A DNA stretch of 63,205 nucleotides, counting the filler, from Phoronis australis (Eukaryota; Animalia; Phoronida): NCBI GenBank assembly GCA_002633005.1. It is 9 parts of 9 records of this genome, joined end to end, with 100 filler letters (N's around TTAATTAATTAA, not from the genome) between each part and the next. Parts side by side here need not be neighbours in the genome. Positions count along the whole stretch, not along the records: positions 11,181 to 20,727 come from NMRA01001809.1; positions 20,828 to 29,925 come from NMRA01001559.1; 7 more parts are not named here. One strand, 5' to 3'. Position numbers and translations under genes: made by a program. The notes beneath the pieces were generated by a model that worked only from the letters and a program-made list of their open reading frames with translations, did no database searches and had not been told where the DNA came from. Positions 14,237 to 27,340 of this stretch are shown one piece after another (the stretch's first letter is position 1; the number at the start of each line of letters is the position of its first letter).

Positions 14237-14621
14237 AGGCCAGCACTTTTTATTAATTAGTTTAGTGACTATTTCCACCAAAAACTTAGGGACAAAAAAC
14301 ACATTTTTCCAAAAATCCGAAAAATCATGGCTTCCTAATGCTAATTTAGATTACACTGCCTACCACACTATACACGAACCCATAGATCAAGGCACTATTT
14401 TCAAGAAAGTAGTGGCCGCCATAACGTTTCCACCTCATCAGACACCACCGGTCGCACAATACATATACGCCATTACTTATGGCAGTGGAAAGGTTTGTGG
14501 ATATCTATCGATCTAGGTTTCCAAGTGTGTTGATTTCTCGAACTTTGGAAAAATGTGCTTTTCCTGCCCCTGCATTTTTGGTGAAAAAATGACTAATCTA
14601 ATTATTAAAAAATGCTGGCCT
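14237..14621. mobile_element. MITE with ~90-bp imperfect terminal inverted repeats
   Basis: AGGCCAGCACTTTTTATTAATTAG...CATTTTTCCAAA matches the reverse complement of TTTGGAAAAATG...CTAATTATTAAAAAATGCTGGCCT. Confidence 0.85.
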
Positions 14622-15688
14622 ACAGTTTTCTCAAGACAACGAGTAACCCCGAGTTTTGCTCCTTACCATCGGTTAGGATCAGACTTGGCTGACTCAGAAC
14701 TTCAGACTTTGGCCCCGTAAGTCCCAGTATCGTATAGTTATACAGCTTTAAACCAAGGCTAACAGACAGTACAAATGAAATGTTTTATGAATAGAATTAC
14801 GTTGTTGGTCTAACTTTTAATGTGGCCTTCTAGGCCAGACCCAGAACATTGACGGCAGGGACACGTACGGTATATATTTTACCTTACGGACAAAGCACAA
14901 TCAAGTTCCATATTCGGTTGCCACTTTTGTAAAAAATGAAGGATGTCATATAATTACAAAAGTTGGGTTTTTTCAAAGTACCATCATTCCAGGTTTGTAA
15001 TCTACAGTTGTATAAAAGGGTACGTACACTAAAACTTGTGGTCACAACCCACTTCTATCATGCAAAAATTTATTAGGTACCTCTGAATGTAATAACCTCC
15101 TGACTAAACTGAAGAAGTATCACACACTGAAGTAAGAAAAATGATTACCGTGCTATTCAAGTTGTTCTAGATGATGACGCATTACATATCTTAACACATT
15201 GTAATGAGAAGTTTTTCTCTTGCAATATGATTCTTACAAAAAGAAAACGACAAGTAACAATCTTTTTCAAAAACTTTATAGATGCTGTTTGCCTAGTTTT
15301 AATACATTCACCAGTTGGCCAAAATAGTTAAAGCAATGTTAAGTCCAGTGTTCAACTTGTAAACAGTAAAAAATGGTGCTGGTCGGAGGTACGTCATCTA
15401 CGTAATTACCCACAACCAATCGACATCAAATTTTGACAACGTTACAAAATTTATGGGATGGTCTTGAGTTTTGTGCTACCACTACTTCTTAGTTTATAGC
15501 AAGTTGTCTTGAGAGATGGAGCACCTGACTGTGCAACATCAGTTGTCACATGACGTGTCTTCTAGGATGTTACTGGCTAAGTCCTGTGTGGCATTCTATA
15601 GTCCACACACTTGATAATGTCCATTGTTTTTTGTCAGACTGAATGCATTTTGGAAATATCAGTATTGTTTATGAGAACAGCAGTATGT

Positions 15689-18600
15689 AACTAGAAAGAT
15701 TATTGTCACGGCGTGGCAATAATGGACTCTGCGCGTGCGTATTAAAGGAATTGTTATGGGAAGTTACTGACAGCAACCCGTTTACCAATATGAAAAGGAA
15801 TTATTTAAAATTGTAGGAGAAATTACATGTTTTAACATTAAAATGTTCTGATGACCTTTCCACTAACTGACCTTTTCTGGTGCATTATGAACCCCGATGA
15901 GGGAATAATAGTAAAACCAATTGAAAGTGTGGTTATTTTAAAGAATCACAGATGTTTTACCTTAAGCACTTAAGAATACAACATGAATGAATTGGTCAAA
16001 CTTTCAGAAGAAAAATGCACCTAATGACCCCATGGGTGCACCAAATGACCCAACAATTTAGAATTCAAACTCAATCGCATATAGTAAACAGATATGTAAT
16101 TTTGAAGTCTCTAGCTCAAAATTTTGATTTTGGACTCAATGACCTTTGACCTATTTTTTGATTGGTTAAACCTATTGTGTAGTTAATTAGGTTATTCAAT
16201 TGGTATGTTGACTTACACTAGTGTGCTGAAATTGAAAGGAATTCCTTGAAAAACGTAAGAGATATAACATTTTGAACCTTAGATGACCTTTGCACTAACT
16301 GACCCTATCTGGTGCATTATAAGCGTCTTTAGGAGAATTATTGCAAAGCCCATGAAAAATGTGTTTAATGCTGAGAATCAAAGTTGTCTAACGGTTGACA
16401 CAACAGTATACTTGGAGAATGAAAAGGTCAAATTTTCAGAAGAAAAATGCACCTAATGACCCCATGTTTGCACTAAATGAACTGAAACTTTGGATTCCAA
16501 ATTGAATTACCTGTGCCAATCAGACATGTGAATTTGAAGTGTCTAGCTCAAAATTTTAGTTTGCACCTAATGACCTTTGACCTGTTTAACCTGTTTGGAT
16601 GACTCGATTACTTAGAAAAGTAATTTTTTAAATCACCTTATGGACTTATACCTGTGTATCGAATTTAAAAAGAATAGCTTTTAAAATAAAGAAGGAGTAG
16701 CATTTTGAAAATTACATGACCTTTGCACCAAATGACCTCTTCCGGTGCATTATGGAATATGATTATATAACGAATCAAAATTTATGTATTGTCAAAACCC
16801 ATATGCTGAATTTAAAGACTGTACCCGCACCCACTTGGAGTTATTAAGCCTCAAAATTAGTCGGAACAAGAATAAGAAGAATCAGTGCATTAGGAGCCCC
16901 GATGAGGGACTAATTGTAAACTCGATTAAAAGTGTGGTTAATGCAAAGAATCACAAATATTTACTTTAAGCACTTCAGAATACAACATGAATGAATTGGT
17001 CAAACTTTCAGAAGAAAAATGCACCTAATGACCCCATGGGTGTACCAAAGGACCTGATAATTTAGAATTCAAACTCAATCGCATTTACTAAACAGATATG
17101 TAATTTTGAAGTCTCTAGCTCAAAATTTTAATTTGCACGCAATAACCTTAGACCTATTTTTCTGACTGGTTACGCCTATTGCGTAGTAAAGTAGGGCGTT
17201 CGATTGGCATCTTGAATTACACCAGAGTGCTGAGCTTGAAAACAATTCTTGAAAAATGTAGGAGATATAACATTTTGAACGTTAGATGACCTTTGCACTA
17301 AATGACCGTATTCGGTGCATTGTAAGCGTCTTTAGGAGAATCATTGCAGAGCCCGTGAAAAGTGTGTTTAATGCTGAGAATCACAGTTGTCTAACGGTTG
17401 ACACATCAGAATACTTGGTGAATGAAAAGGACAATTTTTCAGAAGACAAATGCACCTAATGACCCCATGGTTGCACTAAATCACCTGAAACTCCGTATTT
17501 CAATTAAATTAGACGCACCAATCAGACTTGTGAATTTGAAATGTCTAGCTCAAAATTTTAGTTTGCACTCAATGATCTTTGACCAATTTTCTCTGATTGA
17601 ATGACCTTATTGCTTAGTAAAGTAGGGTATTTCATTGGCATGTAGGTTCACACTAGTGTGCTGGAATTGAAAAGAATTCGTTGAAAAATGTATAAGAAAT
17701 AAAATTTTCAAAACTAGATGACCTTTGCACTAATTGAACCTATCCAGTGCATTACAAGCCCTTTTAGTAGAACTATTGCAAAGTCCGTGAAAAGTATATT
17801 TAATGCTGAGAATCACAGTTGTCTAACGGTTGACACATCAGACCACTTGGTGAAAAAAAGGACAAATTTTCAGAAGAAAAGTGCACCTAATGACCCCATG
17901 GTTGCACTAAATGACCTGAAACTTCGTATTTCAAATTAAATTAGACGTACCAATCAGACTTGTGAATTTGAAGTGTCTAGCCCAAATTTTAGTTTGCACT
18001 CAATGACCTTTGACCTATTTTTTCTGATTGGTTAGGCCTATTGCGTAGTAAAGTAGGGCGTTCAATTGGCATGTTGACTTACCCCAGTGTGCTGAAATTG
18101 AAAAGAATTCCTTGAAAAACGTGAGATATAACATATTGAACGTTAGATGACCTTTGCACTAACTGACCCTATCCGGTGCATTATAAGCGTCTTGAGGAGA
18201 ATTATTGCAAAGCCCATGAAAAATGTGTTTAATGCTGAGAATAACAGTCGCCATCAGAATACTTGGTGAATGAAAAGATCAAATTTTCATAAGAAAAATG
18301 CACCTAATGACCCCATGTTTGCACTAAATGACCTGAAACTTTGGATTCCGAATTGAATTACCTGTGCCAATCAGACCTGTGAATTTGAAGTGTCTAGCTC
18401 AAAATCTTAGTTTGCACCTAATGACCTTTGACCTGTTTAACCTGTTTGGATGACTCGATTTCTTAGAAAAGTAATTTTTTTAAATCGCCTTATGGACTTA
18501 TACCTGTGTATCGAATTTGAAAAGAATAGCTTTTAAAATAAAGAAGGAGTAGCATTTTGAAAATTACATGACCTTTGCACCAAATGACCTCTTCCGGTGC

Positions 18601-18745
18601 AATATGGAATATGATTATATAACGAATCAAAATTTATGTACTGTCAAAAATGATATACTGAATTTAAAAAACGTAGCTGCACCGAATTTGGAGTTATTAA
18701 GCCTCAAAGTTGGTCGGAAGAAGAATAAGAAGAATAAGAATAAGA
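15689..18745. mobile_element. HINE/Helentron-like element A with ~430-bp internal tandem units and (AAGAAT)n tail
   Basis: Starts AACTAGA plus hairpin ATTATTGTCACG/CGTGGCAATAAT. ATGACCTTTGCAC-like anchors recur at ~15851, 16283, 16716, 17287, 17718, 18147 and 18568. Microsatellite at 18718-18746. Confidence 0.75.
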
Positions 18746-20727
18746 ATGAAAGCCCTCCGAGGAACGAAACTTGGCGAAATTAACCAAAAAGATGACGATA
18801 AAGATCATGACGAAGATGACGAATATGACGACGATGGTGGCGAGGATGAACAAAAGAAGTAATAATAACATACACATGACGAACGTAGAAGTCCGAAATC
18901 AGTAAGAAAAAGGCTACAGTCTTGAGCGACACTTGGCAAAATTAACGGAAAAAACAACGACGGAGATGATGACGAAGATGATGACGATGATGACGAATAT
19001 GATGATGGTGGTGGCGATGATGAACAACAACATCATTCTTATGATGAACTTAGATGTCATAAATCAATAAGAAATAGGCTACAGTCTGGTTCAATAGAAG
19101 ATAAACCAACATCAATGCAGCAAGAGCGCTCAACAAAGGAACAGCGATAACGGAAAATCTCAAATAACTCGAAAAGTAGACGTCCAAGCGAAAAACGGAA
19201 AGCATTTTCTGAAAGCCCGTTCAAAATTCTATCTAAACTGATGGTATTGGCTTATTCCGTAAATTTTTCGAAAAAAATGAAATTTTGCGTTTTTTTTAAA
19301 GAAATTCAAAGTCAAATAACTCAAAAACGGTAAATCTGAGTAAAAATTTGTTAAAACCATTTGAAAGAACATACTTCAAAGAATCCACATGCAAAAAATC
19401 ACGTCTTTTTCTCTTCCCATTTAAAATCGCACTCCAGCACGACTGAAAATGGGTCAACATGTGCCAGATCCGCCATCTTGAAAGCAACTTCCGGTTTTTT
19501 GACTTTGTATAATAGCATGTCATAAGGAACTAATACCTGTAAAAATTCGAAGGAATTGGTCTGATAATGCGCCCTCTACAGGAGAAAACGTTTTCAGGCC
19601 AAAATCGAGGTGCGCATGCGCGATCGCCGATATTTCCGTCATCTTCAGCCGGAAGTAAACAATTTCCGATATGCTTGTAGCAAGCTTCCATTCCATTTAC
19701 TGTGCCGATTCTTAGCTTTTTACGTAAAAAATTGTAGCCTCCAGAAGTATTTGAACCTTTAAATGGAAACAAAATGGCCGCCACAGCCGCCATCTTGGAT
19801 CCGATTTTGACGAAAAACAAAAGGCTTCCAGTACTTCCGGAAGTACGTGTTATGTGTAAATTTCGTGATGATCAGACGAAAATAGCGGATTTGCAGCGCA
19901 AACGAACTACGCATTGCGCATGTGCGAGTTACTTCCTGCGCGAAGGCTCATGGGATANGTAACAGTATGATTTGTATTTGGTGTTTATTTTTGTAAAAGA
20001 CTTGGGTCAGTCTTTGGGGGCCGGTGTAAGATACCACATGCAAAAATTCACGTCATTTACTCTTCCCGTGAAAAATGCGACACCAGAGCGATTGAAACCG
20101 TGTGAACATGCGCCATAGCCGCCATCTTGAAAGTGACTTCCGGTTCAATAATTTTTTATAAAAGCTTATTAAACTCAACAAACACGTGACCAGTTTGAAA
20201 GTGATTGGTTTGCAAATGCGCCACCTACAGGAGAAAACGTTTTTAGCCTTATTTCGGGGTGCGCATGCGCCACGTCCTATATTTCCGCCATCTTGGACCG
20301 GAAGTCAATGATTTTCTGCACAGTTGTAGCACATGCGTTGTAGTAAATTCGAACTGATTTTCAGCCATTTACGTCGAAAAATGCGGCCTCTACGAGCATT
20401 TGACTGTGAAATCGGATATAAAATGGCCGCCACGTCCGCCATTTTGTATCTGATCATGACCAAAAACAATAGGCTTCCAGGACTTTCCGATCTACACGTT
20501 GTGTGGAAATTTCGTGAGAATCGGACTAAAATTGCGACCTGTAGAGTGCGAACAAACAAAAAAAATGAAAGCACTCTGAGGAGCGAAACTTGGCGAAATT
20601 AACCAAAAAAGATGACGTTAAAGATGATGACGAAGATGACAAATATGACAACGATGGTGGCGAGGATGAACAAAAGAAGTAATAATAACATACACATGAC
20701 GAACGTAGAAGTCCGAAATCAGTAAGA
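18746..20727 (+). mobile_element. Complex repeat element B: (GAT/GAC)-rich head and ~550-bp units; second head starts at 20565
   Basis: Head ATGAAAGC.CTC.GAGGA.CGAAACTTGGCGAAATTAACC occurs at 18746 and 20565. The whole structure recurs inverted at 48605-51309. Confidence 0.85.
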
Positions 20728-21013
20728 NNNNNNNNNNNNNNNNNNNNNNNNNNNNNNNNNNNNNNNNNNNNTTAATTAATTAANNNNNNNNNNNNNNNNN
20801 NNNNNNNNNNNNNNNNNNNNNNNNNNNAAATTACACGTCAAAACTTTTAGGTACGGATAGTTTGCACACCCTGGACAATTTTAAGGAAATACTAAGAACC
20901 GAAATAAAGGATGAATTTTAAAGTTGGAAAACGAGATTAAACTGAAAAGAACAATGTATAAGTTACCATGGTCACTGCTCGACTGTAATACACACTTTGT
21001 TCTAAGTTTGAAC

Positions 21014-21126
21014 TACAGAACTCAATCAGTATCATCTCTGTTTAACCATGTGTAGCATGGCTTGAATAGTATACAGAACTCAATCAGTATCATCTCTGTT
21101 TAACCATGTGTAGCATGGCTTGAATA
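21014..21126. repeat. Perfect 55-bp tandem duplication (period 58)
   Basis: TACAGAACTCAATCAGTATCATCTCTGTTTAACCATGTGTAGCATGGCTTGAATA occurs twice. Confidence 0.95.
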
Positions 21127-21287
21127 TTATTCGCTTAGTTTCATACCTATGTAATCATGAATTATCGGCTTTTTAATTTGCCTGATAACTAGTTGCAACT
21201 GATTATGAACATACAAGTGAATCAATTGAGATATTGACAATATCACGATTCTGTGCCTGGCACTATAATAACACCTACTTTCTCTAC

Positions 21288-21575
21288 CTGGCATTATACT
21301 GCTGGCATTATACTGCTGGCATTATACTGCTGGCATTATACTGCTGGCATTATACTGCTGGCATTATACTGCTGGCATTATACTGCTGGCCATTATACTG
21401 CTGGCATTATACTGCTGGCATTATACTGCTGGCATTATACTGCTGGCATTATACTGCTGGCATTATACTGCTGGCATTATACTGCTGGCATTATACTGCT
21501 GGCATTATACTGCTGGCATTATACTGCTGGCCTTATACTGCTGGCATTATACTGCTGGCATTATACTGCTGGCCA
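21288..21575. repeat. 14-bp minisatellite (CTGGCATTATACTG)~20
   Basis: Near-perfect tandem units; explains the repetitive ORFs at 21234 and 21253. Confidence 0.97.
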
Positions 21576-22152
21576 TTGATCAAATATTTACAACAATGTC
21601 CAACATAATTTAGTCACAGCACAAATTACACATTTTCCATCAACAATGAGTTGGTGAATAGTGGCCTAGCTGACAGTGACCAGGCAAGCAATCCTATGCG
21701 AGAGTCATTAGCTTAGTCACCAATACGTCATTACTTGGGTAGAAAAACCAGGACAAGTGGTAAATCATCACCACACGCTGAGACGCATTTTTTAAAAAAT
21801 TATCCGCATGCGATCAATTAACTTCGTTACCACTGAATAAGACTATACTAAAGAGCTTTCATTGTCAAAAGCCATATGGTTTAACAATAATTAGCCGGCT
21901 AGTCAGCTATCATTCCTGCTACTCAATGTCCACTCTCTAATTCAACTACCACCGGTCGGACAAATCATTGTGATCTGTGCAGTACTGACAATATCAACCT
22001 TCTCTGCCACACATAATGCTCCAAGGCAACAAAAATATTTTACAATCTCTGTCCTATGCAATGTGTGGTCGAAAAACTTGGTTTAAATTTGGCATTTAAA
22101 GTGGTGAAAAATTTTGTCAGACACAATGAAAATAAGTAACGACAATATTTAC

Positions 22153-22315
22153 CATTTCTGCCTGTTTTGAGTGAACAAAGTTATTGACGTAGAGAAGATT
22201 GGTCCACCAGTACTTTGGGCAATTAACATCGGCAGGAAGCCATATTGGTCCACTGTTTGTGTATGTCAAGAGAGTGCTGTACACCATCAGTATCAACATG
22301 TATGGTGGGGTCAGT
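22153..22315 (-). CDS. nrf-6: NRF-6-like exon (last one visible; 3' part of gene missing)
   Basis: cag|LTPPYMLILMVYSTLLTYTNSGPIW...CPKYWWTNLLYVNNFV...EM|gtaaat. 163 bp, phase 2->0. RLTP and WWxNLLYxNN motifs. Confidence 0.95.
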
Positions 22316-22806
22316 CTGTAACGGAAATTACAATGACCAGTGCATCAACATCATTTGCGTGAAACATTAGAGTGCAATTATGTGAGAGCGGTGACACCTC
22401 TCAGGTGACACAGCTGCACCCATTTACCTGTACATCTCTCACAAGGTAGTGTGAAGGTGGTGAGTGTTCAATCAGCACGCTAAATGAGAGAAAACAACGT
22501 GCTTACAGTCACAAGGCTCCACAGTAAAAAATCTCAAAACCCTATCTTTGCTTCTGACTTTAGAAACTTGAAGCAAAACTGGTTAAAAACACTTTTAAAA
22601 GATGTAGCCACCCACAAGGCATTTAGCATGTCTGTGCTTTTTTCAAAGCTTACAGGTATTTACATCTTGGTAACTGGTAAATTTGAACTCAACAGTGTTT
22701 GACGAATAATTCCCCTCAGCCAAAATTCAAAAACAAAACATTAAACAGTACCCACAACAAAGCTCGTAGAAACAAGACATGCAGTGACCCCTTTTGCACC
22801 ACAAAC

Positions 22807-22911
22807 CTGATGTATCGGTGAACATAATACATGACCCAGTGTCGCACCATGCTGTTACAACCGTTCTTCTTCTCCATTTCTCTCAGAACCAAGTAGCCCA
22901 CTAATAGCCCA
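22807..22911 (-). CDS. nrf-6: NRF-6-like exon
   Basis: tag|GLLVGYLVLREMEKKNG...MYYVHRYI(R)|gtttgt. 105 bp, phase 2->2. Confidence 0.93.
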
Positions 22912-23510
22912 CTACAACCAATAGGGAAACAGGTCAGGTTGGACAATCATTATAAACAGAGACTATTGTCAGTAGTTTAAAACAAACAGCAAAAAGGAAA
23001 TCAGAGGCTAATTTGATGAAAATCCACAGAATACCAAACAATGGAAGCATGTCTATGCTTCTACAACAGTGGGAAAATTGAACAGTTCAACATAATGCGT
23101 AAAATATGACTTTCAATCATCAACGAAAGTGAAGTCAGAAGGTGAAAGATTCCACTTTGGAAAGCCCTAGTGTTCAAGCTTCATTGCTATCACATTTCAA
23201 CGGCTGCACACAACACACGGAACTGCAAACTTTGAAATAGTGAGTCATCCACTTCAAGCAATAGTTGAACTTTATGTGATCTAATGATACATAATGTGCA
23301 GAAGTGCTGGTACGACATATTTTAAAAAATACCAAAACACAGGGTTCAACCCAGAGGCCATTGATTTTAAAGATGACACCCGGAGGCACTTTACGACCAA
23401 GTTGTGCACCTCTCAGATCCAGATGACAATTTTTGGTACTGACTTTATTTATAGGAAACACTCAGACATCAACAAAACAACATTTTATTCATCTTTCCCT
23501 TTTCACTCAC

Positions 23511-23604
23511 CTGAGAAGAAAAAATGTATCCACACTGACAGTGGCATTGGTGATGGCCTGGAATGTCCACCATTTTATGTAAACACCAAGATCACCCATG
23601 TTTC
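23511..23604 (-). CDS. nrf-6: NRF-6-like exon
   Basis: cag|(G)NMGDLGVYIKWWTFQAITNATVSVDTFFLL(S)|gtgagt. 94 bp, phase 1->2. SVDTFF motif. Confidence 0.95.
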
Positions 23605-25183
23605 CTGAGCATAAGATAAAGATAGTGCAAGAAAAGGACAACAATACCTATAGAAAAATTTGAAAATGGCGATGCAAACTTATCCATTTTTTAAAGAGCT
23701 TTCTGAATATCAGTAGACTTGTTCGAAAATGTCCATTTCCAATTCAGCAAACTTAAGCATCGCTAAGTCCTTTCTCACAAACATTTCACAGAAAGCTATG
23801 AAAAACTACCTTCATGGCGGAATTTTTCTGTTCAGTGACTTTACCAGGCATAGATGGTTGTGAGCATGTGATAACATCTAGCTTCTTTGTCAACTGCCAA
23901 GCACAGCCTTTTGTCTGTTATGACAACAGGCAGGCCAATTATCTACCAGGCTTATTACAGACCACCTGTGAACACAGTCAAACCCAGAGCGAATTCATGG
24001 TACATTCGGAAAGAATAGATTGCCATAACTTCGGTTGTAGCTGGGCAATTTTGGCAATTCAAAAACTAAACATAATCACCATTTGACAAGGATTTCAGAT
24101 ATAGTATTGATTTATGTTCAAATATGTTACAACTTAACTTTTATTTTAGCAGCACAACCCAGTCAGTATAGATATGATCTTACTAACTAGAGATTAGAGC
24201 AATTATCGGACAAAAGAGAGCCAGCCCGCCAACCATAAATGCCAGAATGGAGTTAATCAGTCATGTAAGATTGGCTACAGGGGTAAACTTCCCAACTTGT
24301 TGTTGGGCTATAGAATCGAACAAGTTGGGAGCAACAGGATAACGCTGTAATGAGTCAAAAGGCAGCAAAGATTGGAGTCCGGATATTTGGGAATGGCAAG
24401 GGGATGTCTGCTACCACGTTACAAAGATCACAGAAGTGTAGTTTGTTGCACCTTGAAACATGAAATCAATTATCACATTGAGTAAGCGTGTGACACTGGA
24501 CTAAAAACTTTCCTGATCAAGAATGCATTCGTTTAAACTTTTAGTAGGAATAAAGCGATTCAATTGAGATAGGTCAACATTGGTCAAGGTGGCCAGCTGA
24601 CGATGTCATGAAAAATCATCTATACATGCCACCAGGGTTCTTGTTTTGTAATGAGCAATATAATTATGTACATGATACAGAATTTTGTCAAAACAACATA
24701 AACAAAGCCCTTGCATTATAGGGAAATGTCGAAACCGACTTTCATAACATTACTTTGACTGTGTTTCTTCAAACTTCTTAAAGGTACGCAAAAGACACCA
24801 CACTGGAAACCAGTCACTATGAAATGTCTCACTCCTTTCGATGAATAATGCCAATCAAGAATGCACTGATTATGTGTATTTATCATCTAATAACACTGCA
24901 GTGTAATGGTGAAAAAACCTGTGTTGTGTCACGGAAACAAACTTTAGATCTTTGCCTCCTAATACATCTGCAAAATCAACTAATTGCCTCATACTGACGC
25001 ATGGCTGCTAGGCCTGGAAAGAGATGGCAGCTCAACAAACATAATAACCCGCATTGAAAAACAGTAAGACACTGTAAGCTTTTTCCAACACTACGTAACA
25101 ACTCCATTAATATTTTCAACATTTTCAAATTTTAGAGCAGAGTTCAAAACAACCACAACTCAACTGAAGGACTCACTACTTAC

Positions 25184-25363
25184 CTATAATATTTACAAAT
25201 GTGAACGGAGAAATTGCCAAAGTATGTCCCAAGATTACCCAGGTCATGCTTATGAATCGTATTCCATTGATACATTGCAGAGCGCCCTCTGTCTGATGGG
25301 TACCAAGCAACTTGCTTCCATTGGTATACACAGAAAAGGAGAGCAGCAATTTACCAAGGACAC
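25184..25363 (-). CDS. nrf-6: NRF-6-like exon (start of acyltransferase-3 domain)
   Basis: tag|GVLGKLLLSFSVYTNGSKLL...LQCINGIRFISMTWVILGHT...NII G|gtaagt. 180 bp, phase 1->1. Diagnostic FSxYTN and GIRxxSxxWVILGH motifs. Confidence 0.95.
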
Positions 25364-25934
25364 CTACAGGCAAGCAAATGAACTACAAGTATAACAAAAG
25401 AAGAAATCTGTCAAATATTACAGTAGACAGAGGTGATGGTAGTTCATGGCCTGTTTTGTACAACAGAAAGCAAACACATGTAACTTTATTAAGTCCTGCT
25501 AACTAGCTACAAAAGAAAACTTCACTTCATTGAGCAGTTAAAGCTAATCATCAAGAACACCTTACCAAGGACACCTACAGGCAAACAAAGGAACTACAAA
25601 TACAACAAATGAAGAAATCTGTCAACAAATGAACCATCAAACTTTCATGCAATCTAATATACATGTAGTAGACAAAGACGATGATGGTTCTTCACTTGTT
25701 TTGTACAAAACACATGCATATTAAATGCATGGAACTTTAATTAGTCCTCTGGTGACAAAGGAGAACATAAAAACTCCATGTCATAGAGAGGTGAAAGCTA
25801 ATCATAAGGAGAACAGATTATTTTAGCACACATTATTTTGGTATGGCATATATGAAAATTACAAAATAATGATGGTGGACCTCAGTCACCGATAAGGGAC
25901 AGAACGTTCCATCGGGAGCATAACTTTTCATTAC

Positions 25935-26077
25935 CTATCGGTGGTTGACGGACTTCATGGCTGAGTAACCCAGTTCTAGGCCCCTCGTCTTGAATGCTGG
26001 GACACTTTCTAAATTTTCTTAGCACTTCATACAGTGTTCCCAGAGTCGCCAGGAAAGCAAGTATGCTGACAATGACA
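25935..26077 (-). CDS. nrf-6: NRF-6-like exon (first TM helix)
   Basis: cag|VIVSILAFLATLGTLYEVLRK...QPPI G|gtaatg. 143 bp, phase 2->1. Confidence 0.9.
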
Positions 26078-26801
26078 CTGTAAAGCACCAACAAGTTAGT
26101 GTGCACATAAGATGGATATTACTTGTAGTCAAGTTACAAAAACTATGATCACAGTTGTCTCCACAAACTATGCAACTTTTCAAGCAAAATGTAATTAGTT
26201 TAACCTATCTCTTGGGCAGTTTTGTGTGCACTGTATTGGACAATTAATGTGGACTGGATTCACCTTGTGTTATAAATTTCCAGGAAACAAACCTAAATAT
26301 GCTCAGGGAGACCCCAAGCAGGGGGAGCACAATGGCTGGGATACCAGAAAAGTCTGGTTCAGGGGGTGGGGAGGCATAGTGACCTGATTTATTGAAAATT
26401 TGAGGATATTTACATCTGATCAAAATTGTAAGAAAATTCGACTTGTGTTTATAACAGTAGCTACAACTGGTCATGTTATGAATATAAATTTTACGCGGCC
26501 CTGCAATCAATGGCAGACTGGTAGATAGAGAACCATCTTTCAAAAAATGAACGTTTTAACTGACAGCTAAATTTTTTCTCAGAAACTTGGCTAAACATAC
26601 AGACAACTTGAACAAGTCCTGCATAACACCAGAAAGATTCAAAAATGTACAGAATAATGATAACACGCCAACATTTTCCATGAGGAGAAGACATGCAAAA
26701 CAATTCAGGGTGTCCACATGGAGGCAATTTGAATTTTTCTTCTAAAACAGCCCCCACTGCACTCTTTGTTGGTGGTCGCTTGCTGGTAAAACAATACTTA
26801 C

Positions 26802-26913
26802 ACAGCGACAGTCGCCTTATCATCCAATCTCTTTTCCGTTGGTTGACACCAGGGGTAAACAGCAGATGCGTTGATCCCAACCTGAGGGAGGAATGTAGCG
26901 AGAATCTCTGCTC
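26802..26913 (-). CDS. nrf-6: NRF-6-like exon
   Basis: cag|(G)AEILATFLPQVGINASAVYPWCQPTEKRLDDKATVA(V)|gtaagt. 112 bp, phase 1->2. Confidence 0.85.
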
Positions 26914-27261
26914 CTGGAAAGAGGAAATGAGGTCATTTGACTATAGCTGAATACATCAGACTACTAATATACATGTAGCCGCCCTGACATTTTGCATAGA
27001 TGTGTGGATAAATGTTTTGGGTTGACTTAATTTGTCAAGGTATCGTCAGTCATTACTACTTTCTTAGAAGAATACCCACAGGTACGTTACATGCATTGTC
27101 CGCTGTACATGTCCGTGTAAACAGGCTAAAGGGTGGTGTATGCACCAGGTAATGTAAATTAATAGATGATGATCACTGTCTATTTGTGGCAAACTACATA
27201 TACACTGACATGGCTGAACACTAGACTGATTATCTTAAGACATACGTGTTTACTTACTTAC

Positions 27262-27340
27262 CCTGTCTTAAAAGGAAATAGGCATCATAGTCAGAGCAGA
27301 CATCAGGAATACAAATACCTTCCCATATGGATGAGATGAT
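27262..27340 (-). CDS. nrf-6: NRF-6/O-acyltransferase-like protein, exon (end of NRF domain)
   Basis: cag|IISSIWEGICIPDVCSDYDAYFLLRQ G|gtaagt. 79 bp, phase 0->1. Has the NRF-domain GxCxPxxCS motif. Confidence 0.85.

Noticed and set aside
21234-21608. Repetitive hydrophobic ORFs (LALYCWHYTAGII)
   Set aside because: These are translations of a 14-bp minisatellite.
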